From positions 15,190,001 through 15,254,000 of the forward strand of contig CM119378.1 in NCBI GenBank assembly GCA_051294905.1: a DNA stretch of 64,000 nucleotides. The letters are read 5' to 3'. The notes beneath the pieces are model-generated. The model ran no database searches. It was not told the DNA's origin and worked only from the letters and a program-made list of their open reading frames with translations. This document shows, in pieces, positions 1 to 12,900 of this stretch (position 1 is the first letter of the stretch; each line of letters starts with the position of its first letter). This DNA comes from Botryllus schlosseri. Its lineage: Eukaryota. The translations under genes and the position numbers were made by a program.

Positions 1-1309
1 ATCAGCACCGCGGTAGCTTTCGATTGGTATACGTTTTATCAAATATCGCGCTCGGCAAGCCGGTCAAAAATAACCGTCAAATTACCAGTAGCCAAATTGA
101 AAGTGTGACGTATACCGATTTCACTGAGCCGTGAGATTTGCTTGTGTCCACACCATTTAGGACACTATGGTGGAGAGCCCTATCGTGACTTAGTCCCATA
201 ATTTGTTTGGACCACAAAACCAGAGTTCTCCAACGTGAATGAAAAATTAGGGGCAGTCGCAAATTATGACTTTGAAGGTCTTAACTGTCACCCAACACCT
301 ACATAATAAAAAATGATTATCATTTAGGCCCAGATCTCGTCACGGGCCGTTACCAATTGGAGAGCGATTCTTCATGCTCAACAAGGACATACAATCTAGG
401 TTTATAGTTTATAGCTGTAGTATCAACATTGTCCCTGCATAGACCTCTTAAAACTAGTCCGTGGACCCAAGTTCAAAAACCCCGGACTTATTCCAGGTAT
501 TTCACAATGAACGGTAGACTCGACCCGTCGTTAACAATAGCGACTGAATTCGAGCCGAGTCTGTCAATATGCGAAAATAACTCCGAGAATCGACAGCCAA
601 TACATTCTCCATTCACGCACAAACATCTCCCAATCTCAAACCGCGGTCTTGCCATTCCTACCGCTCAACGGAGCGTGATTACTCTTGTCTCGTCCAGAAA
701 TGAATAATTAATGCTCGCGCAACCGAATCATACGCTTACACCTAAACAGCGCGGGCGGAGCAAGCAGCCTACGCGTAAATGCGATCGTTATCCGTAACGT
801 AATCAAATCCATTGCTAAACACGTTGCCGGTGCCTTCGTAATCACGAGTGACACAACATAACTTGGGTGTCAGGCCGAGGCTGTGTGTTCAACTGTTCAT
901 TGGGACGGTGAGAATACTGCCAACATCTTTTATGAAATAGCAAAGGAAATTCACCACAAACTGTGATTGCTTCCATCACAACATAACATCCGTTGCAAGA
1001 ATACGCATTAGGGTTGTTCAAAATTTGGAAAATCTTACAAATCCTCCGTTGTGATGTCTTATTCTATAGATTATTGATAAAAAACGACACTGAGCCTGAA
1101 AGAAGCTCACAGGAAGGCCGTTAAGATCTCGAAAAAGTGTTTTACAGGTCAAACTACTTCGTAAGGACAGACCAGTTCCAACCTGAAATGAGGATTAGTA
1201 CAACTCAAACATTATGTGGGAAAAACCTAATTTGCATACTTTAGGTCAAAAAATGTCAAAATTTGATTTTTTGGTAAAAATCTTCCGTTTCGAGGTCAGA
1301 AAAAAATCG

Positions 1310-1646
1310 CTATACTGATAACTAACACCTTCGCCGATAGACCTGATATATTCAGCCGATACTGAAACGTTAAGGCATTTAACTTGAGACGCATTTCAAA
1401 AACTTCAGACTATCAGGACAGCTTAACATCCATTTCTGCGCTCGGATACGACATAAACTGGAAATGCTGCATCTGGATACCCGCGAGCTACCACGATTAC
1501 ATCAATATGACCAGTGTAGCAGTTGCGGAGTATAGCTCTGACTTCCAACTACTACTATGACGTCATGAAAATCGCCGATATTTATGCCTATAATAGCCGA
1601 TACTGATATTTATTTCAAAGTGGGATATCGAATAAATCGGACCCTA
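1310..1646. repeat. GCCGATA-rich degenerate MITE-like repeat
   Basis: Repeated gccgata(c/t) motifs ending in atcggacccta. Confidence 0.4.
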
Positions 1647-1804
1647 ATTGTTATGCCACGTGAGCACGTAAGTTAGTATCCACAGAGAACCAATCATAAA
1701 AGCCCGTGATGCCATGAATCAGTGTGTTCCAGGTGTTCGCATCATCGCTAGTGTTCAGTTCACTTAAATGTATGTATAAGTTTTTCAAAGAAGCGATCAC
1801 TCAC

Positions 1805-1903
1805 CGAAAGGTTGTCGCGGAGAAGCTGCATGATCAGGGTGCTGTCCTTGTACTTTTTGTCGTCGGGGTTGTCGTCCATTTGTTTTATCGCTTCGTCGAA
1901 GGC
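1805..1903 (-). CDS. 14-3-3: 14-3-3 exon (helix H-I): [33 protein letters not shown]
   Basis: Acceptor tttcatcgcag, donor gtgagt; 99 nt, phase 0-0. Confidence 0.95.
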
Positions 1904-4900
1904 CTGCGATGAAATTAGACGCGATTGACACACGAGTACGACGGATATCTTAGGAGGGCGATTAACGGCGATAGATTCCATTTTGTGTCGCGTCAATTTC
2001 GTTCGATTTCATTCACCGGCGAATTGAAGCGAGATTGACAAGTGCGTGATTTTAGACGGTTCGATCCGACTGTCAAGTTTGACTGTCAAGCTACAGCAAA
2101 ATTGTGGATTTCTGATTCCGGTCCATTCAACGAGATATACAGTCGAACTTTGAGGCGCCAAGTATCATAACGTGTCTCGATATAGGCGGGGTCTCACATC
2201 AATATGTCAATTGTTTGATCACAGATCAGAGGAGGTCGAAGTTATCATTGTTGGCACTCGCGTAGCGATCTCCAACTAAGTAAAAAATCAATTATTCTAT
2301 GCCTAACTTTAAAAACTAAAATCTGTTAAGTAGAAGTGGAATTGCTCTAAAACATAACCTTTTCAGTAAGCAGTATCTGCTCTAGTGCCCCGAAGAAGTA
2401 CAAGTATTTCGTTACTAACCACCTCTGAATATGTCATAGAGTCGAACCGATCAATTTCAAAATCGCGAGATACGCCTGCATAATAAAGGTGCTATAAATA
2501 CGAAGAAATTGGATCTGCTCAAGGACACAGCCAGGATTGAAAGCATACTATGGCCGGTTATGACCATTTCGGTTAAAAAAAAACTGCATCATCTAAAAGC
2601 GTACCGTATTTTCTGCGGGCATTAAATCACGTTACTGTTTGGAACCGATGTCACAATGATTAAATTCAAACAAGAAGTCAGAGGTATGTTTAGCCATACC
2701 GTGGCCACGCGCCCAACGCAAAACCGTATCGATGTCGTAAACCCAATCCTGCGTTCCTACTCCAAGTGCGTAGCAACAACCTCACCAGGTCGTCGATTGG
2801 AAAGTTTCCAGGAACAACAAACGTCACAATGATCGGTTTCAAATCGCGAAATCGTACACCGAGTTCAAGGGCCGCGGAAGGTCCGAAAACGAATTTTCGG
2901 GTCGTGGTAACCCGCTGGGGACACGCGTGGAGTAAATAGCCGAACGGCACCGTTTCTTTTGATCAGATCGCACACTAATCGGTTTCTCTAGTCAATAATT
3001 CATGCAATATTAATGAGCTGCGATCTACATACACCCGAGGTATGTGACGGCAATGCAGCACAGCTTTCCTTCATGCGAAAACTTATAGTATATAGTAACG
3101 ATGTTTCAAGTTGATTAATCTAGTCAAACGGCTATAATCGCCCTTCTTTCTAGCTCTTTTACTTGATTTAACCCAAAATTTCGCGACGAAAATCACAACA
3201 ACGTGCCGTGCGAATAGTTATGCGCCGCTTTCTCGAAGGGGGATGCGTTTCGTACGAAAGGGAATTACGAAATTGCACCTCGCAGCAGCTCTACCTTGAA
3301 AAGGTAGACTTGCATGCTAGTCATAACTCCAGGTCAGACCAAAAGTGGTTACTGGTCAGTGACGAAGTACTTATACTTTTTAGAAGTACTCAACTAGGTT
3401 TTGATGCTTATAGGGACATCATCATGGGTCACGGAGACTTCTGGGAGCGTCATCAGTTGTTGGATGTATATTGTACAAAGTAGCCCACCTCCGAAATACT
3501 ACCGTTAAGTGAAACATAATCTATTCTTAAACTACACGAGTATTTTTCTGACCTAGCATTTTTAATTCTACAGGAATTAGTTCAGGCATTCCCAGGAAAT
3601 ATATAATTGTACTCGTGACTGAATAGATACTCATCGCATTCCTTCCACTGCTATACTCCAGTGACAATGCCGACTAACAGTACCTAACCACCTCTGAACA
3701 GGCCACGGGTTATTCGCAGTGGGGAACCCAATTCTGCACGCTTTCAGAAACAATATTTTAACTGGAACTGGATGACCACAAGCAGCGACATCCAGTCAAC
3801 GCACACCGGCCGACCTAATTCGCCAAAAAAAAACTTCCCAAGTCTAATCGCCAATACTCACCTCCTTCGCGATCGAGCAAGCCTTATCGTGCTTCTCCTT
3901 AATTTCGTAGTAGAACACGGAAAAGTTGAGCGCCAAGCCGAGCCTGATGGGATGGGCGGGGTCCATGTTCTTTTGGCAAATCTCATACGCCTCGTTGTAC
4001 GCGCTCTGGGCCGCGTCGGAGTTGGCTGCGGAGGAAAACCGGCAGGTAATCAAGGGCAACATCCAACACTCATTTTCGGAGAATGTGGGAACGAATTTTG
4101 CACCAGAACGCGTGTTTAAACGGAGATTCAACTGGGCGATTCGGAAATATTCGATTCATGACTGATCCTATTCTATTCGAGTCGTATCTCGAATACCGAA
4201 TCCATGAAATGCTAATCTGAAAGGTTCGAGGATGGACTATTCGTAATTGCTCGAATCACGATCGATCGTATACTCGAGTCGAATATCGATTCAAGGATGG
4301 GCGATTAGCAATTGTTCGAATCGCGCCTGACCCTATACGTTTCGAATCGCATTTTGAATACCGTGTCGAATGAATAACCATATGATTCATATTTCGATTT
4401 CGATTTCGATGCGGCGGTAAAATGCATTCGACACACCTACAGGATGCTTGATTTAAATTACATATACTGTTATCCGTACCGGGTTTTCGAGTTTACCTAC
4501 GGATAGGGCCGTGAGCTGTTGAATTCCCGAGTTAAATGAGGATAACAGTAATAATAAATAATATGGAAATGCCTAACGATCCCTGTGATCGACCACCCCT
4601 CCAGGCACCACGAGCTTGTTTAAACTCTAGTTCAAGTTCAAACGCGCTGATACCCGTGGTTTCAAGGATTGGGAAGTTTTGACAAATACTCTATGAAGCG
4701 CCAATCTTCCAGGGACACCTTGTTAGAATCTGCATATTCGCCAGTTAGATAAACACTCGATATGGTCAACAGCTTTCAGGGATGCCGAGATTCAAAAATC
4801 GCAAAATTCAAATCAATGCATCATCTTTCCATTCGTAGACTTGACCCAGGAGACTTTAAGTACGGATTTTAACGCACATTATTTTCGCGTAATCTAATAC

Positions 4901-7900
4901 ATCACGTCGAGCGACCACCGCATCCACGGCCAACATCTCCGAAAATAAGGACTGTTTCCTCAAACAAAAAAGGTTCCTCAGGGATTCGCGAAGCACGGTC
5001 AATACGCTGACGTCAGCAGAAAATCAAAGACAATTGCGCATAGCCGCCTTGAGCTTAAGACGCCATATGCTCAGAATTCCGCATGTATTCTGATCGGGCG
5101 CGAGTGCAGAATGAACCTACTGTTATCAGTTTTACTGTCTAAGACTTCGGCGACGTAGCGGTAATAGTCTCCCTTCATCTTCAGGTAGAAGGTCTTGCTT
5201 TCGAAGTCGTCGTCCGCTGTCACGCTCGGCAATAAGCACTCGTCAACGAGCCCCTGGAAACAAGAGTCGTAACGAATAACCACTATAGTAGACCCTCCAG
5301 ATTACTGGATCCTAAACTGACATAACGTCTTCGCCAATAATGTCACATGCCACTTTATTTTCATGTCATCTCAGATGTATACGTTTCATTTTCAATGTGC
5401 ATTTCTCTTATTAATTGATCTAGGCCAGGGGTTCTTAAATTTCCTCCGACCGATATAATTGTTTAACTGTACATGTACATTGTGCAACTGCACGGTTGAA
5501 TTCCAAGTAGCCTAGCCGCGAAATTTGGGCAGCTGGTGACTAAGAAGACAGTCCTAATCCTAATCACGACTTCGTTTGCATTTGGCCGGAAAAACGACGG
5601 AAAAGTCATCACTTTCGAGCAGCCGCCGACACAGCGTGACTACCAGGTGGTGTGCAATTTGTTGTGCTTATAAGATGGGCCTTTCACGGACCCGTTACAA
5701 AACGAGTCCTCGAACCCCAAAGCAAGAGAACCTAATTTAGTCAAAGGTAAGTGTTTGATTGAAAGACTACACCACAATTCGTTTCGACTATTTCCTATCT
5801 TTTGATTTTATCGTGCTTCAAATCAATACAGGTATTAATAAAAGAATGCATGAATGTATATTGGATGCTGATGTTGATTTCGCGTTTAGGTGCAGAGGAG
5901 ACATGGCAGGGTCAGACCTTTACGTGCCCAAGCACCGTTCGATTTATTTCGAACAGGAGGCTGTCGCTATGTGAGCAACCTAACTAAAAAATGATACGCC
6001 GACAAACTCTATTCGAAAATATCCAATAGTCAAGTCAAGCAATTGCCAATAGCGATATGATGGAGAGACCGAAACACGCAGATATTTCGTGATGAATACC
6101 GGAAATTTCATAATATTTGTAGTAACATTTGGTAATTTAACCCTAATTCTGTGGTACCACTCCAATTCACGAGAAAAATCGAACATTTCCGGTTTTCAAA
6201 CAAATAGTTGCCGACGTGATTATGGTGTCATAATAAAGTCAAGGTGACCGTCGTCGCTGACAATTGTCCTGTATAACTCATTACCACACAGGTTCATTTT
6301 AGCGCGCACAGCTGCGTTAACTCAAGCCGAAAGATACATCGCACCCACACAGCAAAGGCGTATTCTCTATTTCTCAACAATCTCCGAGTTAGCTCCGGCA
6401 ATCCGGCACAATCGTCGCAGAACCGACACCAAATTATCCCTGACAGTTAATATCACCTATGCGCAATTGCGCATTTGGAATCAGCTAGATTCTCGCCAAC
6501 AGGACACACCCAAATAAGGCAAAAAATTCAATCACTACAACCATCGAAAACGGAATGATTCAAGTTAACGCTACAATCAAACCGGGCAGCATAAGCGGGA
6601 CTAAGCCTACGGGAAACAAGCGAATCTCCAAATATGTAACAAAATTACACCGGTATAATATATACAAACAATATCGCCGTAACGGGCGAAAACACAGAAT
6701 CAATGATTGAGTAACCTAACGCCGCGTACACGACAGCAATTACCGCTGCCCCGAGGCGCTGGAACGCGCGCGAACAGCGACTACCCGCACAAGTTGTGTT
6801 TGTCGAAATCACATGCTAGGTCATGATCGATGGCAATCTCCGTAAATCGCGCGCGTTTATAGATGAATCGCTAACGTGTTGCAAATAATTGCGCGCCGAC
6901 GCGACCGACTGAAGTTGTGACATTTTCGCAAGTAGAACAGCCCCCATGAACATATCCGTAGTTACGCTCGAAAACTCAATACACATAACAGTTTATGGAT
7001 TTTAAATCAAGCATTGAATTTTATATAATGTAAGGTAAGGATGTAGCTGCTGATAACACCCTGTCCGATGTTACAAGAACATGTTTTCAGGCGCGTTTAG
7101 TCGCTCTTACCGCATTCATTTCCAAGTTCGACCAGAAACCGAAGAAAAACACACCGCTACCAAATCAGCAGCACGTAGATCAGCACATATTTCACTACGA
7201 CAATGCGGTGATTGAAGACATCGCGGCTGATTATTAGGGTCGGTTGCATAGATCATGATCAGAAACGATCCGCCGATAGACAGGGATTCCAATGAGCGAA
7301 ACGAGTCAAACGCATCAATCCTTATGGAGATGTATACATTGTATAGCCAAGGCGTGGACCGAGCCCTATTTTCATATACCCCCCTCAAAATCGCAAAAAG
7401 ATGGTGCACGAACTCTATGGATATCATATGTTCTTTTAAGAGGATTTGTCCTCATTTTTCAAGAAATGTAAAATTCCCTCCGTGGACGCAAAAATGTCCT
7501 TGAGAGTTGGGCGACTATAGAAGGAAGTGAAAACCAGATTTCACGGAATTGAAGGTAATTTAGCAGGAAACGTACATAGGAAGCAACAATAGCTGGTAGG
7601 TTAACTAAAAAAGACCTTTTTTAGTCAACCCAATAACATTAGCCGTAAAAATTTCCAAATGACCAAGTTTTCTCGTCCGCGAATGTAACTTTTTGTAATT
7701 CGTAACCGACCGCCTCTAATTCTCCACGTATTTGCAGCGTATACTCACCACGACTTCGGTGCAAATCTCCTGGATCTCTTTGCTGATCTTGTTGATGTAA
7801 TCGTCGGCTTGCTGGGCGCGCTTTTTGCTCTCCTCCGTCCCCCGTTCGTCTTCCCTTTGCTTAATACTGACCAGCACGCGCCACGCGGACCTGCGCGCGC

Positions 7901-9923
7901 CCACCACGTTCTTGTAGGCAACGGAGAATAGGTTCCTTTCCTAAAACGCAAAGTTTCACTCATTTGAAAAGGCAGGTCTGATGAAATTTGCGGAACGGCG
8001 TTTTCTGGCTTATTCATTCGGGCTGATGTTTTCAGACTAATCCTCCCACTTCTATTCAACAGTTTTTTCACCCAAAGCTATTTTCTACTTTACATAATCT
8101 AAAGTGGAAGAAGTAATTTTGCCCAAAAAGCTGTTTACCAATGATGTAATCAGAGGTGGTCATTGGTCAATCAGGTTTATTTATATCTTCATCGTTTCAA
8201 AACATCACAGGACTGCGATACAATGAAAAGATAGGAAGGTGTCGAAACAACTTGGAGTAGCCTTCAAGATCAGACACCCACCTCGGCAACGAATAGGCTA
8301 CTCGAGTAGATTTTGCCTGCATTGGCTACGAACGCTATACTTATATTGCTACGTTTTTAGACTGCTTCTAATACCACTGAAGTTTTTTTAGGAAGAACTG
8401 CCAACGATGTACATATTAAACTTTAAAGGGCTTCGAGAATCTAGGAGGTACATAACTTCAGTACACAATTGAATAGTATATCCATATTGAAATGAACCCG
8501 AATATTTTCGGCTGACAATCGTCAGGGGTATATCGTCAGCCAACTAGTAGAGAATTGGAAAGAACATTGTATACCAGCAATCGTACCACAAAATATAACG
8601 CCACCAGCATGAAATTTCGAACAAGAGAGCGTTCAGTGTACTAATTTTAGATGGTCATACTTCGTTATACGATCGTTGAGATACAATGTTCTTTCCAATT
8701 CTCCGCTAGTTGCTGACGATTACCCCTGACGAGAGCCAGCCGAAAATAGTGGGGTTCATTCCAATATGAACATACTAGGCAATTGCATATTGAATGTTGT
8801 AAAGTAGAATGCAGTTTCGAGGGATGTCTGCGTCACTTTCGCGAGTTAAATTGCCATAGCAACTCCGCGAAACGAACCCTGCATCAGGGTAACTGCATAT
8901 ATTTTCGAAAACCATAATTTTTAGTGTCATTTGGCATTTGACCGGTATTGTAAACCGCTAGTTCTGCTTGTAATATGGTAGAAATTTGCGGCATCGAGAA
9001 CCGGCTGACCCTTACGAAAACCCCTTGAAGAATACGGATTAGGGGAAAATAGGGGAACGGGTCGGGTTCCCGAAAATATCAACTCCATTATACGCCAACG
9101 CAGCAGACCGAAACGCCACGTCATAATATCGATTACACGTCCAAAATCGCCATCGCTTTTTGAGATCCGTCCAAGATCGTTATTCTGTTGCGCGCACGGG
9201 AAGGTAATAAATTCAATCGCGCTGCTGGCTCCATCGATTTTCGCCTTTCAAGCTTAACCGCGGCGTGCAGCGCAGGCCTATTTTTTAGCGTACACCGGAA
9301 ATGACGCATGAGTCGAGTTTCCTTGCTTGGCTCGAACGCTCGACAGTAACTCCTCATTATTTATTTAGTCACAGACCAAAACTGTGATCATATTCAAGAA
9401 TGGTACGCTCGGAATGGTATGCGTAACGCGCGTCTTGGTTATGAATAGAAGTGCCGCCGCGCGATGATACTGCACTTGTATTACGCGACAATGCATCCAA
9501 AACTTGACTGTGACTAATTAATCACTGCTAGGCGCGCAGTACTGAATAATGATATTATCTCACAGATACGACAGCATTCAACACAACAAGTTATTTACAT
9601 ATTTGCGATTCAGCGCTTTCCGTCGTCGCGTAATACAAAAACAATCCATTCCCAAGTGCTGATCTATCTAATTCGTATAGCATCCGAAGCACTTTACACG
9701 ACAGCGATGGCATATATGATGCGACAAGCGTGATACAACTCAAATAACGGGTATTTTGATGCTGCGCACTTGCGCAGCTATCGATTCGAGAAGTCAGATT
9801 GGTTCACCTCGGAAGATAAAGGTTCTTTTAATCTCGCCAGGTCTTTCATTTGCTTCATCATGTCGTCGTACCGTTCGGCCTGTTCCGAAAGCTTGGCCAT
9901 GGTCACCAAATCTTCTTTGGATT
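1805..9923 (-). CDS. 14-3-3: 14-3-3 protein, divergent zeta/non-epsilon type; 5 internal coding exons (9808-9923, 7749-7940, 5121-5253, 3862-4025, 1805-1903); first and last exons not securely located
   Basis: All junctions are GT-AG and phase-compatible. They splice to (E)[22 protein letters not shown]...[21 protein letters not shown]...[14 protein letters not shown]...[17 protein letters not shown]...[15 protein letters not shown]. The 133/164/99-nt exons match the 124/164/96-nt exon pattern I recall for vertebrate YWHAZ. Confidence 0.96.
3862..4025 (-). CDS. 14-3-3: 14-3-3 exon (helix F-H): [13 protein letters not shown]...[17 protein letters not shown]...IAKE
   Basis: Acceptor ttcctccgcag, donor gtgagt; 164 nt, phase 1-0. 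Confidence 0.96.
4125..4439. repeat. TCGA-rich (TTCGAA/TCGAAT) degenerate MITE-like repeat
   Basis: Dense tcgaa/ttcga motifs; internal end ...ttcgaatcgcgcctgacccta and terminal ...attcgacacaccta resemble TAGG-type TIR ends. Confidence 0.5.
5121..5253 (-). CDS. 14-3-3: 14-3-3 exon (helix E): [11 protein letters not shown]...[18 protein letters not shown]
   Basis: Acceptor tttccag, donor gtaggt; 133 nt, phase 0-1. Confidence 0.96.
7749..7940 (-). CDS. 14-3-3: 14-3-3 exon (helix C-D): [21 protein letters not shown]...QEICTEVV
   Basis: Acceptor ttttag, donor gtgagt; 192 nt, phase 0-0; 14-3-3 signature motif. Confidence 0.96.
8431..8800. mobile_element. Foldback MITE copy in a 14-3-3 intron (same family as 42646-42980)
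   Basis: Inverted arms ~8470-8615 and ~8660-8790. Confidence 0.8.
9295..9308 (+). promoter_or_regulatory. ETS/CRE-half composite motif CCGGAAATGACGCA in a CpG-rich intronic island
   Basis: Resembles the ETS-CRE composite (CCGGAAGTGACG) found in promoters; lies in the CpG-rich stretch 9100-9500 of a 14-3-3 intron. Confidence 0.3.
9808..9923 (-). CDS. 14-3-3: 14-3-3 exon (helix A-B): [38 protein letters not shown]
   Basis: Acceptor ...ccctcacag at 9924-9925, donor gtgaac at 9807; starts phase 1, ends phase 0; EQAERY signature. Confidence 0.93.
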
Positions 9924-12900
9924 CTGTGAGGGTAAATAAAGCAACGCTCTAAGAATTACTAGCAGATTTGGACACCTAGATAATACTAGTTGCCTGATTG
10001 GGGCGAAATGCCGGTAATCTTTATTTAACATTATTTGTGAAATCTTTCTATGCTCTCTTGTAATCATAATATCATTTATTGTTTTCCTGTAAATGCTATA
10101 AGATAACAGTGTAGTGCGAAACGAGCCAAGCTTGATGTACAAGTACACTGTGTACAGACATTGCAATTCCATTTGTAGCTGTAATTCTAATTGTGATCTA
10201 ATTTCGAGAATCCAGAAATTGTGTAATTGTCCAAGTCTGAATGATAGTACTAAGCGGCTCATTAGGGCACGAGTGCGAGAAATTCAATAGCTGGCAATGT
10301 AGTCTTCGCACATTATGCGATTATTACACAACAAAGTCCATCCGGGGTCAGCAGTAATGTAGCAATGCGGGTGGCTAAATTATGGATAATGAAAATGTCG
10401 GGAAAAGGTCAAAGGTATTCATTAGCACGAGAATACACTGTCAAAAATTACACCGTGGCACACTGCTGGTATACGCCGACTGCAAAACTGGCGGTAACCT
10501 GGCTGTTCAATGTATTGTTCGTGTTATGTCGGCTGGGTACCGTCTATGCAACATGCGCATTGTATTACAATCGCTGGAATGCCGGCGTTTGGCGTTGAGA
10601 ATGAAGAGGATCGTATTACAATAGTCGGAATGCCGGCGCTTGGCTGTGATGGTGAGCACGCAGAAAGGCGTTGAGCAAATTCGATAATGGAACTGGGCGG
10701 GATAATGCACGCAGTTGAGCATGTATTACACCACGCCGATGATCCCGCACAAGGATATTTTCTGGATTTTACCAAGTTGGTAAATTAGCATTGGATGGCG
10801 TTCACGGCGAATCGGAATTCGCCACTCCATTTGCGTAATCATGTCAACTCAATGAAAGAGTATTACGTTTATAGCACCAAACTGATTCATTTCCTTCAAA
10901 TAAACGATCCACGAAAGTCATAGAACGCTTTTCACTTGATACAAAGGTACCATGAACGGTCAGTCCGTTTTAGATTCATTATGAGTAGTAAACAGCTCCC
11001 GTAAAAGCACTGTGTTATCACGATACCCACACTTGTCGGGGCAGCCTGATTAAACCTACGGGACAGATGGAGAAGTATATATCATGCCAAAGTAACCCTA
11101 CGCAATGAATCTATGAGTGACAGACATGGCTGGTTCTACTCAACATTATTCATAGCCACAATTAGCCGCTGAATAGTTCTTATCGTATCGACATTTCAAT
11201 CCGCACCAACTTCTTTCCTCCGCGGTACTGCTGACATAAACCGCAGTACCAGTTCAAAGATCACGATGGGTTCACGTTCATGTATTTATATTTCAGTCGT
11301 TTTCTCGTTACGAGCATGAATATGTCGCTACGATTCGATTGTATGGTAGTTTTAGGAATCCATTACGTTGCGAAGAACTATCGCCGGATAACACTGACGA
11401 AATACCACGTTATGCATACGAAACGTCATATTACAGTAGTGAAGATAGTTTCTCTGTAATATAGTAAGGCAAGGGCACCGTTCGGCACATTATTTACTAA
11501 GACAAACTCATAGGGAAATTGACTAACTGTAGCACATCTTTCGATTTAAGCACGCCACATTAGCATACATTCAAAATGATGCTCTTCCCGGAGAAAATAA
11601 CTGTATACCTCAGTCACACGAGTAATGAACGGAGTCCAGCAATTCTCGAATACCATGGACAATTGGACATGGACAGGACATGTATTCAAACTCAACGAAC
11701 ACCGAGCACTTTCATGGTACTGCCGATTCGAATTTGTTTCAGTGATCAATGAAAGCCGGCGACTCGATTTGAGCAAGCACCGGATAAGGAATTCGATCCG
11801 ATGATGAAATATATATAAGATTTGGGTTCGCGTATATGAAATCAATCGTCGTTGAGAGCGAGTCCCTGGTAACCGCCATTTAGTGACAGGTCCGACAGTG
11901 TTAAAGACCAGGCAGGATTATTCATAATACTATATCATATCACAAAAAGAATCGACTTGCCCAAGGCTAATGTACTCAATTGGGTGACTACTGACTATAG
12001 CAGGGACGGGCAACATACGGCACGCGGACAGTTTCCCGTCTTACATAATGTGGCTCGCGGCCCCAGTCTGACATTCCCCACTACTTGCTTAAAAGTCAAA
12101 TTTCAAGGAAGATATGTTATTATATTAGTGTGTGCGCACTGCGCAGCGTACGAGATTGGAGCTTACGATTAAGTTCGTCGAAGCGAGAAGACTTGCATTA
12201 TCGGCATTTTCGATGTCCTCAACCCTAATGATTTGGTATCTTGGTAAATTTGGAGTACCGGGCTTATTGAACGCCTTGAAATCTTAATTAAGGACTGCAC
12301 TGTGTGTTCATTGATCAGAGAAGCAGACATGGCGGCGCCTGTATGACAATGCTGTTCTCAAACCCCACGATGTCTTCGTCATTATCGGCGAGAAATGGCT
12401 TTGAAGTGACATTGCTGTCGTTAAAATACATTCATTAAATACGATTTATTCCTTGTATATGTGAATTGTGGATAAATCGGAGAATTTTGTATCGATTCAG
12501 CAATCCGGCTCGCCAAGTACTTAATTTTCCAATATCCAACCCGCTAACTGGAGAAGTTGCCAGCCCCTGGACTATAGCCATGCGAGGCTGTACCGATTAA
12601 AAGCACATCTGGCGGAGGATTAATCCCGGTATTGATCAATGAGCTCCAGCTATCTCAATGTAGGCAAAGCGAAATTTTGCGGCAATGTTATGTTCTCTCA
12701 ATTGGTAATAACGATTCAATATTGAATGTACCGCACATTGCATAATTATTAATTACACATCACACGGACGACAGACCGACAGAGCGTGCTTGGCTAAGTA
12801 ACGTAATGGTTCCGAACCTGGCGGAGAGACGCAATCGTAAACGAAACGATCAACAAAACCGATACCATCTGCAGCATTGAATATTTTAATGAGTCACGGA

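Noticed and set aside
1-1800. Search for the terminal 14-3-3 exon (expected LWTS...)
   Set aside because: No AG-preceded L-W codon pair was found. Candidates (KWMLS at ~1436, QWI* at ~795, EWQDR at ~657) are unconvincing, so the exon is either very divergent or lies left of the window.
6292-6340. [13 protein letters not shown] on the plus strand resembles the 14-3-3 AEQAERY motif
   Set aside because: It is on the opposite strand, there is no further 14-3-3 similarity, and a five-residue match is compatible with chance
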